Shown here in pieces: positions 24,854-37,890 of a stretch of DNA of 64,000 nt. Each line of letters begins with the position of its first letter. Position 1 is the first letter of the stretch. Source of the DNA: Hyphochytrium catenoides. Lineage: Eukaryota > Protista > Hyphochytriomycota. The translations under genes were made by a program, and so were the position numbers. The notes below the pieces were generated by a model. It ran no database searches. It was given only the letters and a program-made list of their open reading frames with translations, and was not told the origin of the DNA. Location of the stretch: positions 151,151 through 215,150 of the forward strand of contig FLMG01003947.1 of the NCBI GenBank assembly GCA_900088475.1. Reading direction: 5' to 3'.

Positions 24854-27726
24854 CTAACTGCTCTGCTTCTTCTTCTTATCTTTCTTGCTGCCTTGGGTGC
24901 CCGGGGCGATGTAGTCTTCGAAAAAGAGCTCCTTATACTCTTTCTTTGCGGCCAGCAACTGTTGGATTGCTCCGTCAATTTCCTCTTTGGAAGCGCCACT
25001 GCCCTTCAGCTCTCGCACTTTGTCTCCGATTGCAGTGATCTTCTCCACCACAGCCTCTTTGGATGGGCCAGATGCAGGGCCTCCTTTCGATGGACTGCCA
25101 GGAGCGGCAGCAGCCGCAGGCTTTTTGGGGCTTGATGGTGCCTGAGACTTCTTGGGGCTAGTGGGGGCAGCACCGGTTCTAGTCGAGGATAGAGAAAGCT
25201 TACTGATTCCGTCCGTAACAGAGCCGAGAGGTCGGGAGAATCTGCCACGGCCCGTATTCTCCACATACACATCTGCCTTAGCTTCAGTAGCTGCCGACGC
25301 TTCTCCGTCTTCCTCGACACGGACGAGCGGATATTTCTTCAGCAGATCTTCCCATTGAATAAGGCCCGTGGTGAGCTTAGTGAGCAGCGACGGGATGTCT
25401 TTGCTGTGGACTCTGATCTGAGCCATGGAGTCCCTCTCACGAAGAGTCACCGTGCCGTCCTGTAGCGACGTGAAGTCTACGGTAACTGCGAATGGCATTC
25501 CTAGCTCGTCGAACCGGGCATATCTGCGGCCGATGGTTACACTCGAGCTGTCTGACCTGTTGCTAATGCCAGCCAAGGTTAACTCCTGCTGAATCTTCGT
25601 TACAAGCGGCTCGAAGGCCTTGTTTGCACTGAGAGGGTAGACAGCGCACTTAACAGGTGCGATGAGTGGGTTAAAGGACATCACGCCGCGCTTCTCGTCG
25701 TTCTCTCTCAAATAAAAATTGTGCTCTAGAATGGCGTAGAGGATGCGACCCATGCCAAACGAAGGCTCGATGACAGATGGCGTGAATTTTTCCTCTGTCA
25801 CCTTTTTAGACACCACAGAAAGAGACAGGTGCTCCCTGCGAAGCTGATAGGTCACCTTAGGATCCTGCGCGTCTGGAAGAGTGGCTGACCCGTTCTCGTT
25901 CAGCTCCTTCTCAAATGCTAGAGCCTTTTCCTTGTCCTCCGCAAGTTTCTCAATGGTGGCCACCACTCTCTTCTGCTCTTGCCGGAACTCTTTCCCCAAT
26001 ACGCCCTTGTTGATCTTAGGCTGCACGATCTCAATAGTTCTTGGGGCATCGTACATCTGAGAAGCATGCATAGCTTTACCACTTGCTTGGGCATGATTCG
26101 AGAGGTCAAAACAAGAACGGTCAGCATGGCCAGCACATTCAATCCAGCCGTAAGAAAGCTTGATCTCCAAGTCCCAGCAGTCGCAGGCGTAGTGTGCCAT
26201 TTCTGTTGGAAGGTGCTGACGGAAGCGAATCTTTCTCCGGTTAATCCCAGCCTGGACGGGAGACAGATGAGAGGTTAGGTCAATAAGTAGACAATGGGCC
26301 TGGAGGATTTAAAGCCGGCATGCGCATGAAGGAAGGAAGAACCACGCTGGCAGAGACATGAAGACGGAAAAGCTTTGAAGATGCATACTAAGAATATAAG
26401 CTATTGAACTGAGGGAACTACCCCTCTGGTATTAGGCATGGCGCTCCTACCTTGACACAGAACTGCTGCGTACGGGCAAGAAAGTACCCCAATGTTTCAT
26501 TTGCGACCATTCCCTGCTTGACTGCCTCACCAATGCTGAGCTCAATGGTCTTGCCGTCACCGAGTTGACTCTTCGCGGGGAAGAGTGTCAACACTTCTTC
26601 TGCAACCATTCGGAACTTTGGATGACCCTTTTGCAGAGGATGGACGAAGTGCTCGATCTCTGCCATGGTGAACTCTCGGACACGGAGCAAGCCCATACGT
26701 GGAGAGATCTCGTTCCTATAGCCGTTACCAATCTAGAGCAAAGGCAGGAAGGGTAGGAGATGAAAGACTGAGGGTTAGTTAGTGACGCGAAGGTGTGAAG
26801 GGTAATGAAAGATGACTGTTATAGACCAAACGCCTTCGGGTAAGAAGCAAGGGTAGCGCTCCACACCAATTCCCTCTTGAAAGAGATCACAATAGGCTTA
26901 CTTGTGCTGCAGCGAAGGGGAGGCGCCCGTTGTTGAAGTCTAGAAGCCTAGAAAAGTTGATGAATATGCCCTGAGCGGTCTCTGGCCGCAGGTAGCCAAC
27001 GTGAGTGCCCTCGGCACCGATAGTCGTCTGAAACATAAGGTTGAAAGGAAACGGATCTGATAGTTCGTTGCCGGTGCTGGGTGACTTAACGCCGTATCCT
27101 TTCAGCTTTTGTCCTAGCTCAGTCGGTGAGTACGCATCGGCTTGCAGTGCCACTTTCTGATGATCCAGGCGCTCGCTCTCCGGCATGGTTGGGCTCTTCT
27201 GCAGTAGATTCTCAATGTGGTCCTCAAGCAGCTTATCAGCTCTAAAGCACTCTCCAGTCTTCACATCCTTCACCATATTGTCCGTGAAAAGCTCCACATG
27301 GCCCGATACCTTAAGGACCTTCTCCATCGTCAATGTCGTGCATTCTACCTCCAGCATGTTCTCTTCCAGGACAAAGTGATTGCGCCAAAGGTTGATCAGG
27401 TTAGCCTTAAGCGCACAGGCAGGAGGGCCGAAATCATAGAAGCCTGCCAAGCCACCATAGATCTCAAAAGATGGGATAACGAACATTCTCCGCTTGAGAA
27501 GCTCATCCATCGCCTGCCTATTGAATGGAGGCTCGCTAGAAACTACCAACTTTTCTGCTTGTGCCAGCTTCTCCTTCAAAGCCTTAAGCTCTTCCACAGC
27601 CTTGGTTACCTGCTCTTGTGACGCTCCATCTTTCTTCAACTGACGAACAAAGTTCCCCTGCCGAGCCACAGAGGCACGGATGGCATCCAGCTCATCCAGC
27701 TGCTGCTGAGCATCTCCAGAACTCAT
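24854..27726 (-). CDS. GARS: Glycine--tRNA ligase (eukaryotic alpha2 type), 3 exons, with N- and C-terminal WHEP domains
   Basis: [88 protein letters not shown] and anticodon domain IGRRYARFDELG. Confidence 0.98.
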
Positions 27727-30700
27727 GGTGCTTATCAGTCTCTTTCACACCTTGGATATTGTCAAATAAGCTTGAAGCTAAAGGGACACCTCAGCAATGC
27801 TATGCGGGTCGGTGAAGCTAGCTACTAGAGATGACAGGAGGCTATCTTATAACCCAGAGATCATGGGCAGAAGCTCAGCAAATGCGTGCGGTCAGCGCTG
27901 CTGGCCGATGATGGGCTTCCTCCTGATGAACTCAACCAAAGAGGTTGGCAAAAGATTCGCGAGCCAGACACAAGAAGAGATGTTAAACCCACAACTCTTT
28001 TTATATATACAAATATCAGTCAAGCTCACAACCTCCTGCTATACCCTCATCTCTTGGGTGTTGGGCACTTGACGATCTCCTCCACCCACTCGCGCTTTCT
28101 CCCTGGATGATGGCACCAAATCCTAGACCCACCTTTGGCGCTTCTGGTCTTCCTGCAACAACCGTCTCTAGGTGGTTTAGCTCATGTAAAGAGCTCTTTA
28201 AAAGGCGTTTTGAGAATCACACCAACGTGCTGCAGTGCGGCCAACAGTCCAGCAGCTTCACAAGCAGCCCAGCAGAGACTTTGATGCCTCGATGAGCTCT
28301 GTAAGACGGTCACTGCCCCAAGAGAGCAAAGTTGTTCCGCAGTGAGGCCCGGGCAGCAGCAGCAGGTCTAAAGGTGTCGAAGTCACTGCGCATGGTACGC
28401 TTTTGAAGAGTGAAAGGGGCACTAGGACAGGGGTTACGAGCGAGAGGAAGAAGCTCTTGAGATGCTTGTCAAATGCTGTTGATAGAACTGCTGCACAATG
28501 CAAGCAATGCAGCCTTTCGTCTTGGTAGCAGAAGCATACGTTTGTATGCATCCTGTTCCATTACGAGCGTGCAAGAAGAGCCGTTCCCTAGGCTTGATGA
28601 GGAGCTTGGAGCTCATTAAGTAGTGAAATGAGTGACTATGCAAAGGTGCCATCACTTGTGGCACGCAGCAGTCGCCTAACAGGCCTAAGTGTAAGAGCTC
28701 CGCTTGCTTTCCCGGTGGCAGATACCCTGCTTTTAGGAACACGCAATAGGCCTCTCCATGCACATGGAGATGTTCTAATCATAAAATCGCCTACTCACGC
28801 GTCCTTGGTAGACTGCCTGCTGTACTTTAATGAAGAGATTGGTGAGCTTGATCTACGCTATGATGCCAAACTCTTCTGAAAGCTTGGCTGATAGAAGAGG
28901 AGCAGGGCGAGCAATTCATTCTCATTACCATGTCGAGAAGTAGACTTGAGGAGGATCTGTATTAGAAGCTGCAATCATACTGCTTGCTAAGGGTCAAAGG
29001 GCGCCTCTTCTACAGGCAAACTAAGTACAATCCTGCGGTTTGGACGATGGTAACTCCAGTTAGGGGTATTATAATGTGTCTCACACCTATAGTCGAAGGA
29101 CCATCGGACTAGACATCTTACAGGGTTGGGCCGTATGAAGGTAGAGAGATGCTCTCCAAGGTTCTACTTACTACTGTTGGTGCCCTGCCACAAACAAACC
29201 GGTGTGGGCATCCATGTGAGTCGACATCCCATTAGCATACACGGATAAGTTGGGACAGCTATCGGTATCAGGTCTAGCTCTAGGCAGGTCTGACGCCGGG
29301 TGTCTCTCAGGCGTTGCTATTTAACTCTAGATCGAGTAGGGCGAGATGATTGGTAGGTAATGGTAAACCAGGGAACGGTGAACCTTATGATGGGCACTCT
29401 GATGTCCGTCATGGTCAGCAAGCCATAATATATGATGGATGGAACGGCCGTTATATTAAGTTGGCCACTTCCTGTTCCAGAGTAAGGCTCGGGCTTATGA
29501 TCATTCGTCATGGACGATCAAGAGAGCTACAAAGGCATCATCATTATGAAGGCAAAACCTTTGAGTGGATAAGATGTGATCTCGATGGTTCAGAGTCCTC
29601 TCTACTACTTAGAGGACGACCACAGACCTTCTCTAGCGATACGTCGCAGCGCCGAGGCTGCGCGAGGCTTATCCGCAGCAAGAAACCTACTGAGAGCTAG
29701 GAATACTTGGGGCAAGATCTTCTCGTCAATGCCAGTTCTCCCTATATTAAGTGGGCCCGAAGTTCCTCTCCTCCTCCTTCTCCCCTCACTCTACAGTTCT
29801 ATCCAACAGTTTGTGAGAAGGTGAACTATCGCAGATCTTGATGAGTGCCTCTGAGGACTTCTCTCCCAGCAATCCGAAGGAAGGCGCGCCAGGAGGTAAA
29901 CAGATTAATTGAGGTGATTCTGGTGATTCTGAGGAGGTAGGTGGAGGGTGGTGTCCATTATTACGTTCCTCTGGAACAAAGCCAAGTGTCCATAGTCTCC
30001 ACTTTGGACATTTGTCGCCCTATCGCTTCATCACCTGTGGTTTATTCTGCTCTTGGGAGAATAATGTTTGTTGATGCTCTTCACGCCATCAGAACCGTCA
30101 AGATCATTTGTGGATATCCGGGGAACTTGGGAAGTCTCACTTTCATCCAACTTCTCGAAGTACTTCTTCCACGCTTTACTTCTTCTTCCTTCTTCTTCTT
30201 CTGGTAGGTAAGATGCCAAAGGGAAGCTGATGGGAAGAAGGTCACGGCTCATGGTCCACAGAGTGCATCGTCATCACGACGTGAAGGACTTCCCTGGAAG
30301 ATGATCATATGATGGTGTCGAAGAGTATTATTGTCGCCACCACCACCGCCGGTCTTTCTAGCACTGATGAGTCAGACGACCAACACTCTACATTGCACTC
30401 TTCCGTACTATGCCGCATCTTCCTCCTGGTCACTGTGTCAGGACTTCAACGATCTTATGGTTCCTCCTTGGTCCCTTGTTTCCCTACATCCCTCCTGCTG
30501 CCCTGCCGTTAGAAGAGGAGCACAAAGAACAACACAGCGGTAGCTATGATCTATGCCTTCAGCTATCCTAATGAACAACTTCCTCAACACAACCATGATC
30601 GCTGGCTATCTTGTCCTCACAGATATCATGGGCATATCTCGGCATTTGCCAACTTCCTTTCCCCGTTGACGAGCAAACTGCGAGCCCGCGAGCATTTGCC

Positions 30701-30795
30701 GCTCACCTTCCTGTTAGCCACTCGTTTTCATAAAGGCCATACTAACTACTATATCAGAAGCCAACCCACCAGTCATCGACTCTGTTGCTCTCAAG

Positions 30796-31665
30796 ATGAA
30801 GTTGCTATCTCCCGGACTCTCACTTTCCGCAGTCGGATCAGTCGGATGTCTCTTAGTATCACTGTTGCTGGCAAGTGATGGTCCCTTGATTGCCAAAGCG
30901 GAGGGTTCCCTTCCTCCTTCTTCTTCTGCCTCTGCCAGTTACGAGCACCAATTGCGAGGTAGTGAGGAGATAGAAACCCAGAACTGTGACCAACCGGAGT
31001 CGGCCAATACTGGGTGTTTTAAGACCTGTGTCGAGGCAACGCTGGACTGGAGGGCGTACCCTGAGGACGACACTCAACAGACGGAGGACGATGAAGCCGA
31101 GGCAGTTGTCAAAGCTCACTTTGGCATGTGCTGGAACAAGAAGCAAACCAAGGCCCGGGTGTCAGTAGACGTTGATCTTCGAGGAGCTGCAAAGCCGGAG
31201 AATAAGCGTTTCCTCCCTGCCAACTGCTCTCTGGAGTATCTCACCTACCACGTCCATACTAAGTTTATCTATGCTTATGAGGACTCTACAGTTTTCTGCG
31301 GGGGCTCTGAGGAGACTGGCGATCACTATGATCCTGGGCTAGCATGTGGTCCGAGCTCTCAATATGCGTCCACGCTCTGTCCTGCTCTGGGCCGTGACAG
31401 CGCCAAATACCAGTGCAGTGGCGACTACCGGAAGTATCAACAAAACCCTGAGAAGTGTGAACGTGGTGATCTCTCAGGCAAGGCTGGCAAGCTCGTTTTG
31501 AAGGACCATCAGGCTTCTGCCAACTTCCTAGATCTTAACCCCCCAACCTATGACGCTTTTAATCAGCGCAGATATATGTCCGTGGTGTTTCACTGCCCCA
31601 ACGGCGCTCGAGCCTTCTGCGCCAGACTCAAGGACACACCTCTAGAACCACCATCGAGTGAGTAG
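30796..31665 (+). CDS. Secreted Cu-only superoxide dismutase-like protein (Cu/Zn SOD fold, SOD5 type)
   Basis: Signal peptide; YHVH, C...GDHYDP, CERGDLSGK and SVVFH..NGAR..CA. Confidence 0.85.
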   Translation: MKLLSPGLSLSAVGSVGCLLVSLLLASDGPLIAKAEGSLPPSSSASASYEHQLRGSEEIETQNCDQPESANTGCFKTCVEATLDWRAYPEDDTQQTEDDEAEAVVKAHFGMCWNKKQTKARVSVDVDLRGAAKPENKRFLPANCSLEYLTYHVHTKFIYAYEDSTVFCGGSEETGDHYDPGLACGPSSQYASTLCPALGRDSAKYQCSGDYRKYQQNPEKCERGDLSGKAGKLVLKDHQASANFLDLNPPTYDAFNQRRYMSVVFHCPNGARAFCARLKDTPLEPPSSE

Positions 31666-33592
31666 GAGCGATAGAGTATTCTGTTACCCGCAAGAGCATG
31701 TCTCGTCGTTGACTAGTAGTAGTCCCGTGACTAGTTAAATCTCCTTAACATGATATGCCTTTATAGTTTACCGGTCGTCTCTAGCTGTTAGCCAAGCGAC
31801 GGACGGTAGAGAAGAACTCTAAGCTTCCTTCAATTGCCTCCAGTGGAGCTGCCACAAGAGGAGAAATCATGAAGATCTGCTTTATCAAAACGCAAGGCGA
31901 GAGAAGAAGGAGGATGAAACTGGAAATCGGAAGAGAGGCAATGGTCGCCAACAAAGAGTCGCAAAGCAAGCAGAAACTGCAGAGATCATTTCATGAAGAG
32001 ACAGAAGATCGAGGATGCAATGTTAGTCAACCCTGGAAGTTTATGACGAGGTAGGAAGAAGCTTCATTTGCCTCCTCCGTGATGAATGAAGCTTGACACG
32101 AACAGCATCATAAGCGGCACGCACATGGGAGCGCACAATATTCCACCGCGTTCTGTTTGCAATTCTTGTTTGGAAGGCTTTGTCTCTCGAATCATCAAAG
32201 GTCGGTGGTTGCCAAGGAAGAAAGAAGAAGGGCGGTGCGTAAGGGGGTTGTTGGGCTTTACTTTTGGCAGGATCGGACTGCTTTGGGGGGGTTCTTACTC
32301 TATTGGTGTCTGCACGTGAAGACAATGTGTCTGGATGGTCAGGGCCGGTTACCTTCTTATTGAGTTAACTTCGGGCTACTACGCCTTCTGTCTGCCAAGA
32401 GAGCTAGCAAGGGACGACGTTGCTCGAGTGGAGACGCATAAGACCGAAGCGGAGGCACCATCAACAAATCTTGTGTCCTATAAGCGCATATGTTGTAATG
32501 GAACGTATGAGATCTCGCGGCAGTTTCCCTCTGAAGGCCGTAATAACCGCATATAATAAGTAACGTATTCGTGCCCACCAACAAAGCCATTACGATGTTG
32601 TTGCTCTACCACCACGTCAGCTATAATCATGGTACTAACATTGCCGTAACTAACAGTAGTCAGTAAAAGCTCGTATAGTAGAGGGAATGACATGCCCCGT
32701 GAGCAAAGCTCAGCTGAACGGTCCCTTTCCAAGCATAGCCTCATCAAATACAGCGTCCCTGTAACCCATCCAATGCTGAAAGTTGCTGAAGGTCCGGTAG
32801 GATCTAAGATTAAGACCGTAGCTAACACCAATGGCGGTACAACCATTATATAACTCCATCGCAGGAGGAAGTTGACAAATCTTGGTCCACACTCCTCCAA
32901 TCGGTTGTTGGTATATGTTGCTGCCTTGTACAATCACTGTTCCATATCGTTGATCAAAGCCCATTTGATAGGTCATCATCGTGTCTTCGGCCTTAAAGTT
33001 TGCACTGCTTGAAACACAGTTAATAGGTACTCTGTAATGAGTACTCTTTCTGGAAGTCCTGAGCTTAGGAGATACCTTGAGTCTAGCCTGATCCCGTGTA
33101 GATCCTCCTCCCTCCTGACTTCCTCGATCTGCAGCAGCAGTTGGCCTTCTCCTCCACAGAGAGATGATGGATATTTTTGGAGCGTTGGTGGTAAGCATGC
33201 CACCTCTTCTTCTAATCACAATGTCCTATTAGCTGAAGATCTTTCTTCCTCTTGGGCCTCTCAAAACCCTCCAGTTTGCTGTTGTCTTCATCAAGAGTGA
33301 CTAGCGCTAAGCTCTCAATAGAGAAGATCTGCTCTGCTCGGTGGTTGCTGAAGGAGGTGAATCCCAAAGGCTGCTAACTGGGAGGATGTGCTCGAGGTTC
33401 CATCATGTTGTCCTGTAGTTCATCGGTGAAACTCTTTTGCTTGTACGTGCTGAGGAGATGCGAGATCTTTTTTGTTATATGGCTTCTTCTTTGGGTGCTA
33501 TAGCTCGAAGCTCTGACATCTGGAGGGTGATACCATGTTGCAAGCAGCGGTCCCTGCCACTGGTGAACTGAACCAGTTGTCCCACATCTTGG

Positions 33593-34375
33593 CTAGCAGC
33601 TGTTGTTCATCATAAGGGTCTGTGCGTCTAAAACCGCCGCACCTTCATCACAGGTAAAATGTGAACAAATCTGTGACTTCAGCTCTCTTGTTGCTGACAA
33701 CTCGATGCGGGCAGTGATGAAGCGATCTGTTGCTTGGGAGGCGCATTGTTGTGAGCTGTGGATGTGGAGACCTGCTTCCGTGGTGTTTGAGCTCGTTGCT
33801 GGTTGTGCAGAAACGATGCAGGTAGGTGCTGATGAACACTCGGCGGTTTTCCAGGAGGTGTGGTCATCAAAGTCGTGGGGTAGCATTTGGTGCTTTAGGC
33901 CAGTGCGAGAGCAGATAGCGCAGAAGACAAGGGTCTCCTGGTGCCATTTGGACTGAGGCTTGCATTGATGTGTGCACAACATATAGTATCCATGAGGAAC
34001 TGCCGGCTCATTCGATGAGAGCCATACTGATGACTTCCTATTATCAAGCATCGCGAGTGTCTTCCTTTCAAACTTCGTCTGCATGTAGACACCCGTCCTA
34101 CCATCCTTGGCATACTGCTTCTTGAAGGTCATGTTCTTGGCTGCTAGCTGACTGAGCTCATTCAAGGTTTGTCTGAAGTTCTAGTGGTTGAGCTTGAGTA
34201 CTGCTTTTTGTTGAACTCCCTTGGCTTTGATGACCGCTGCCCTGTAATAAGTCCAAGAGCTAGTAGAGACTATTTGGATACGCGCTCTGGGTGCCTTTAT
34301 CTGAGAAGTGACTCCACGGAGGACCTTTGGGGCTTTTCCTAGCAGGCCACCATATTCCTTACGCGTTGTTGCCAT
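33593..34375 (-). pseudogene. Decayed basic, Cys/His-rich ORF with an in-frame TAG; possibly a retroelement gag/ORF1 relic
   Basis: ORFs 34181-34375 and 33593-34165 share a frame (KLNH*NFRQTLNEL). CAIC...H and HIHSSQQC are knuckle-like motifs. No reverse transcriptase was seen. Confidence 0.3.
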
Positions 34376-35688
34376 TTACTCCTTATCCGCTGGAATCATT
34401 TATGGCACCATAGGCTCTTTGCTAGCCTAGTGACAGCAAGTTATCCTATCGCCTTAGACTGGATAAGAAATGGTCCATTCAACGTTACGGTTGTTTGAGC
34501 TTACTATTAGAATAGTGAGACGGTTCCTTAGATTTGCAAGCTGCCATCAATATAATAACATCTGCCCTAGTTCTTTCCATTACCGTCTGCTAGGCCCAAC
34601 TCAGTGGGGTTAGATCAAGATAGCTCATTACCCGGGCCTTCCACTACTGACGGTCTTAACAGATAAGCTTCATCAAACTAGAGCCGGTTATGGCTTCCTT
34701 TAATCCTGTGCTTGCTGGTTGACAGCCTCTTTCACGACATCATCACCGGCGAGGTGAGCGGATGCAGCCGTACTCCTTGTGAACACTTCTGTTCACCTTC
34801 TCTGAATAAGAAAAAAATGAGCTAGTCTGATCAAGAGCAGAGAGCATGGGAGTCCCTCACGACCTTTGACAAGCATTATGACTACATCGACAGCCTGACA
34901 AATCCTTCGCACAAGCGCGACTCTGAGAACAAGCAGAGCTCGATCTGCACTGGTTCCTCACACTCATTGTATAAGGGAGGCTGTGATGGCGCCAAAGCTG
35001 CTTGTTGATCTCTGCAAGGTAGTCTGGAATCCTATCTTCCGAAGTTATGGTGTATAAACATTGCTGCACAAGCGGTCCTTGGCTCCGGATTGCTGCGTTC
35101 CCACTGGGCCAGATGGCTGCTGTCTGTACGCAGACGCCTGCAGCCTTGGTTGCGTCATCAGCTTCCAAGAGCATACTCCACACAGATTCCAAGAGCCAGC
35201 TCCATTGTCATTTTACGTAGTTCTCCTTTCTGACCTCACTAGCAATGGATGGAAGCAGGCCTTTCTTTGGCAATCGGAGGCCGACCGTCCTCCGTTATGG
35301 ACGTCCTCGTGAACTCGCTCTTCACACTGGGATTTTTCACCTCAAGTAAGAGCTTCACAGGAAGAACCAGGACGATGAGGGCAGCGAAGGTCTTAAGTGA
35401 GAGCGTTCAAAAGGCAAGGCAGGGAGAGGAAGAGCAGCACTCTCGGGTGTTTGCTCTTGAGAATGGCAAGAGTTTCCTCCAAGGGAGTAGCCATGCCCTG
35501 GACACCAACCTTCCAAGCAATGGTGTGATCCAAAGTGCCCTAACATTGCCTTAAAGCAAGCTCTGGGCTGTGCTGTGAATGTATGGATTCCGGACTCGCG
35601 TCTCTAAACCAGTCTAGTCCGATCTCTGGATATAAAGCTGCTTATAAAACAAAACAGCTCTCCTTTCAAAGTCCAGTGATTCATTCTG

Positions 35689-36284
35689 TCACGTTACACT
35701 CACCCTCTTCCTCTTCACAACTCCGGCGGTGACGCCAGCAACATATACCAGCTCCGCAGCGATCTCATTCAGCACTAATCCCAGCCCCAAAGACAACCTC
35801 AAACTGACACCTTCTCTTAATAAGAGACCACAGGGCATCGTGTCGTCAAAGATTGACAGCCCAATGCCGTTCTTCTGGTATTTCACAGGTGAATACCTTA
35901 CTTGATAACTCTCACCCTGTGCATCAACCTGCGTCAAGCAGCATATGACATCTACAGATGGAACGAGTTGAACGGAGTAGGATAACTCCAGAGGTAGACC
36001 TAAGCTCTCCTTGGCTACTTCAGGACCCATAACGACCTCCACTGCAGGTACGACATCAAACTCCGACCAACGGCTGTAGGTCACTGTTGCAATGACACGG
36101 CGCTTCTCTCCAATGGCAAAGATTTTGAAGGCCGAGGGGGGAGACGGGAGATCATTACAATACTTTTCGCCGGCGAAGGGCTGTTGCTCAATCTCCAACA
36201 CTACGCAGCCTGCGGCGTCCAGAACACTGATAATTGATATCTGAGGGACTTTCCGGGCGCCCCCACTAGAACGATGCGCTTTGA
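35689..36284 (-). pseudogene. 5'-truncated ORF, tentatively LURP-one/scramblase-like, abutting the inverted repeat
   Basis: The frame is open with no ATG start up to the repeat arm. It has a beta-rich pattern (ISVLDAAGCVVLEIEQ...FKIFAIGEKRRVIATV) and a terminal hydrophobic helix. Confidence 0.3.
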
Positions 36285-36947
36285 CACTGTAAACGGGCTC
36301 TCTCCTCTAAAATGCCTCACAGGCTTCTCAAAAGGTGCTACTCGTACTGTAATAACTCGTTATCAATTACGCCCGTAAATCTACTCAAACGCTGGGTGGG
36401 AATTTCACCCACACACCTGTTTGGGTCCCAACTATCAGCTCCCTACTCATTCTCGACTCATTTTTGACCTCTTCCCTCAAAGCTGCTCCAAACATACTCG
36501 GCAACTCCGTGGTTCTTCAACAGCTCCTCAATTCCATCTCACTTCCCGCCGCCTTCTCAATATCCCCTCAAATGTAACTCGAAACCAGAAGCAGCAGCTA
36601 CTTTCAGATTTGGTGATCGTCGTGCATCGTGGCAATCGGAGAGCTCGTCACAGCGCAAAGGAAAGTAACTAACTATCGGAACCTACTGTACTGCGGCACG
36701 ACGAAGGGAGCAGAGGCGACATAACACGTCCGTCACTTTGTTGCTAGCGCCAAGGCTTTGAGGGAAGAGGTCAAAAATGAGTCGAGAATGAGTAGGGAGC
36801 TGATAGTTGGGACCCAAACAGGTGTGTGGGTGAAATTCCCACCCAGCGTTTGAGTAGATTTACGGGCGTAATTGATAACGAGTTATTACAGTAGCACCTT
36901 TTGAGAAGCCTGTGAGGCATTTTAGAGGAGAGAGCCCGTTTACAGTG
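36285..36947. repeat. Long inverted repeat (arms 36285-36483 and 36755-36947, 271-bp spacer); foldback/MITE-like
   Basis: The arms are reverse complements, identical apart from 6 extra nt (ctcgta) in the left arm. Termini are CACTG...CAGTG. No clear target-site duplication. Confidence 0.95.
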
Positions 36948-37317
36948 CTGCCAGCTGGAGTAAATCATGACAACAAGTATGCCAGCAGACCGAAGCGGAT
37001 TAGAGTGGAGAGCCGTGTCTCAATCGACAATTCAAAACTAACAACACTCTCCTCTACAAAGTCTTCTACCTCATCTGCCCAAAAATTAGGAGAAGCTTTT
37101 GACTCGTGGAAGGAGATGTACTCAACCCTGGGTTCTGCCCTTCATTCCACTGTTGGAGTTCTATTTGCGTTACTTGTCTTTCGAAAAGTATACAAAGCAC
37201 GGCTGTACGATGACTCCAGCGGATGCTACGACCTCACGAGAGGCATGATCGGCTCCCCTCGATTGCATCTAGACGAATTATACTACGTGGCGATCGTTGT
37301 TCTCCAGACCATCGGAT

Positions 37318-37890
37318 TCACGATACTCTTAGATAAGACGTTAAGGTTGGACTTGGCGGAATATCAACATCAACGGTGAAATGCATCTCAGTGGACGACC
37401 TTCGTTCCTTGCCGGTAGTGTTGAGCTGCTGAAGACATACAGCACAGTCATCTCTCTTTTCCGAAGCAGTAGGTTGTCGAAGCTGGAACCTTAATTCCAG
37501 ATATCCGCCACCACTGCGCTCAGTCTCGGCTCCTTCCACCTCGTGTTTGTGTACGGTGCCCAGTACAGCAATGTTCATGACTATGATGAAGCAGTCAAGG
37601 AAGATTTCTGCGAGAGTTACTGCTGCTTCTGGAGAGATATGGTAGATCCTTCCATTGAGAATACATATCAAAAACATTGATCCAAGCGACCCTATGGCGA
37701 ATTGAACTACTAAGCGTTCTGCCGGCGATAGCATTGCTAAAGAGCGTCGCTGCAATTTGCTTGGGAGTGAGGAGATTAATAACGGAGCCGACGTGCTTCC
37801 CGTGATTATAATGTTGTCTGAAAGAACAATATGGCTTCTGGTCAGCAAGTACCAACTAATCTCTAAGGAGAGAAAGTCGAAGTTCCGCAT
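37318..37890 (-). pseudogene. Probable decayed transmembrane RING-H2 E3 ligase
   Basis: Two hydrophobic helices are followed by DDCAVCLQQL. The second RING half (VVH*DAFHR*C) appears only in another frame and contains stops. Confidence 0.4.
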
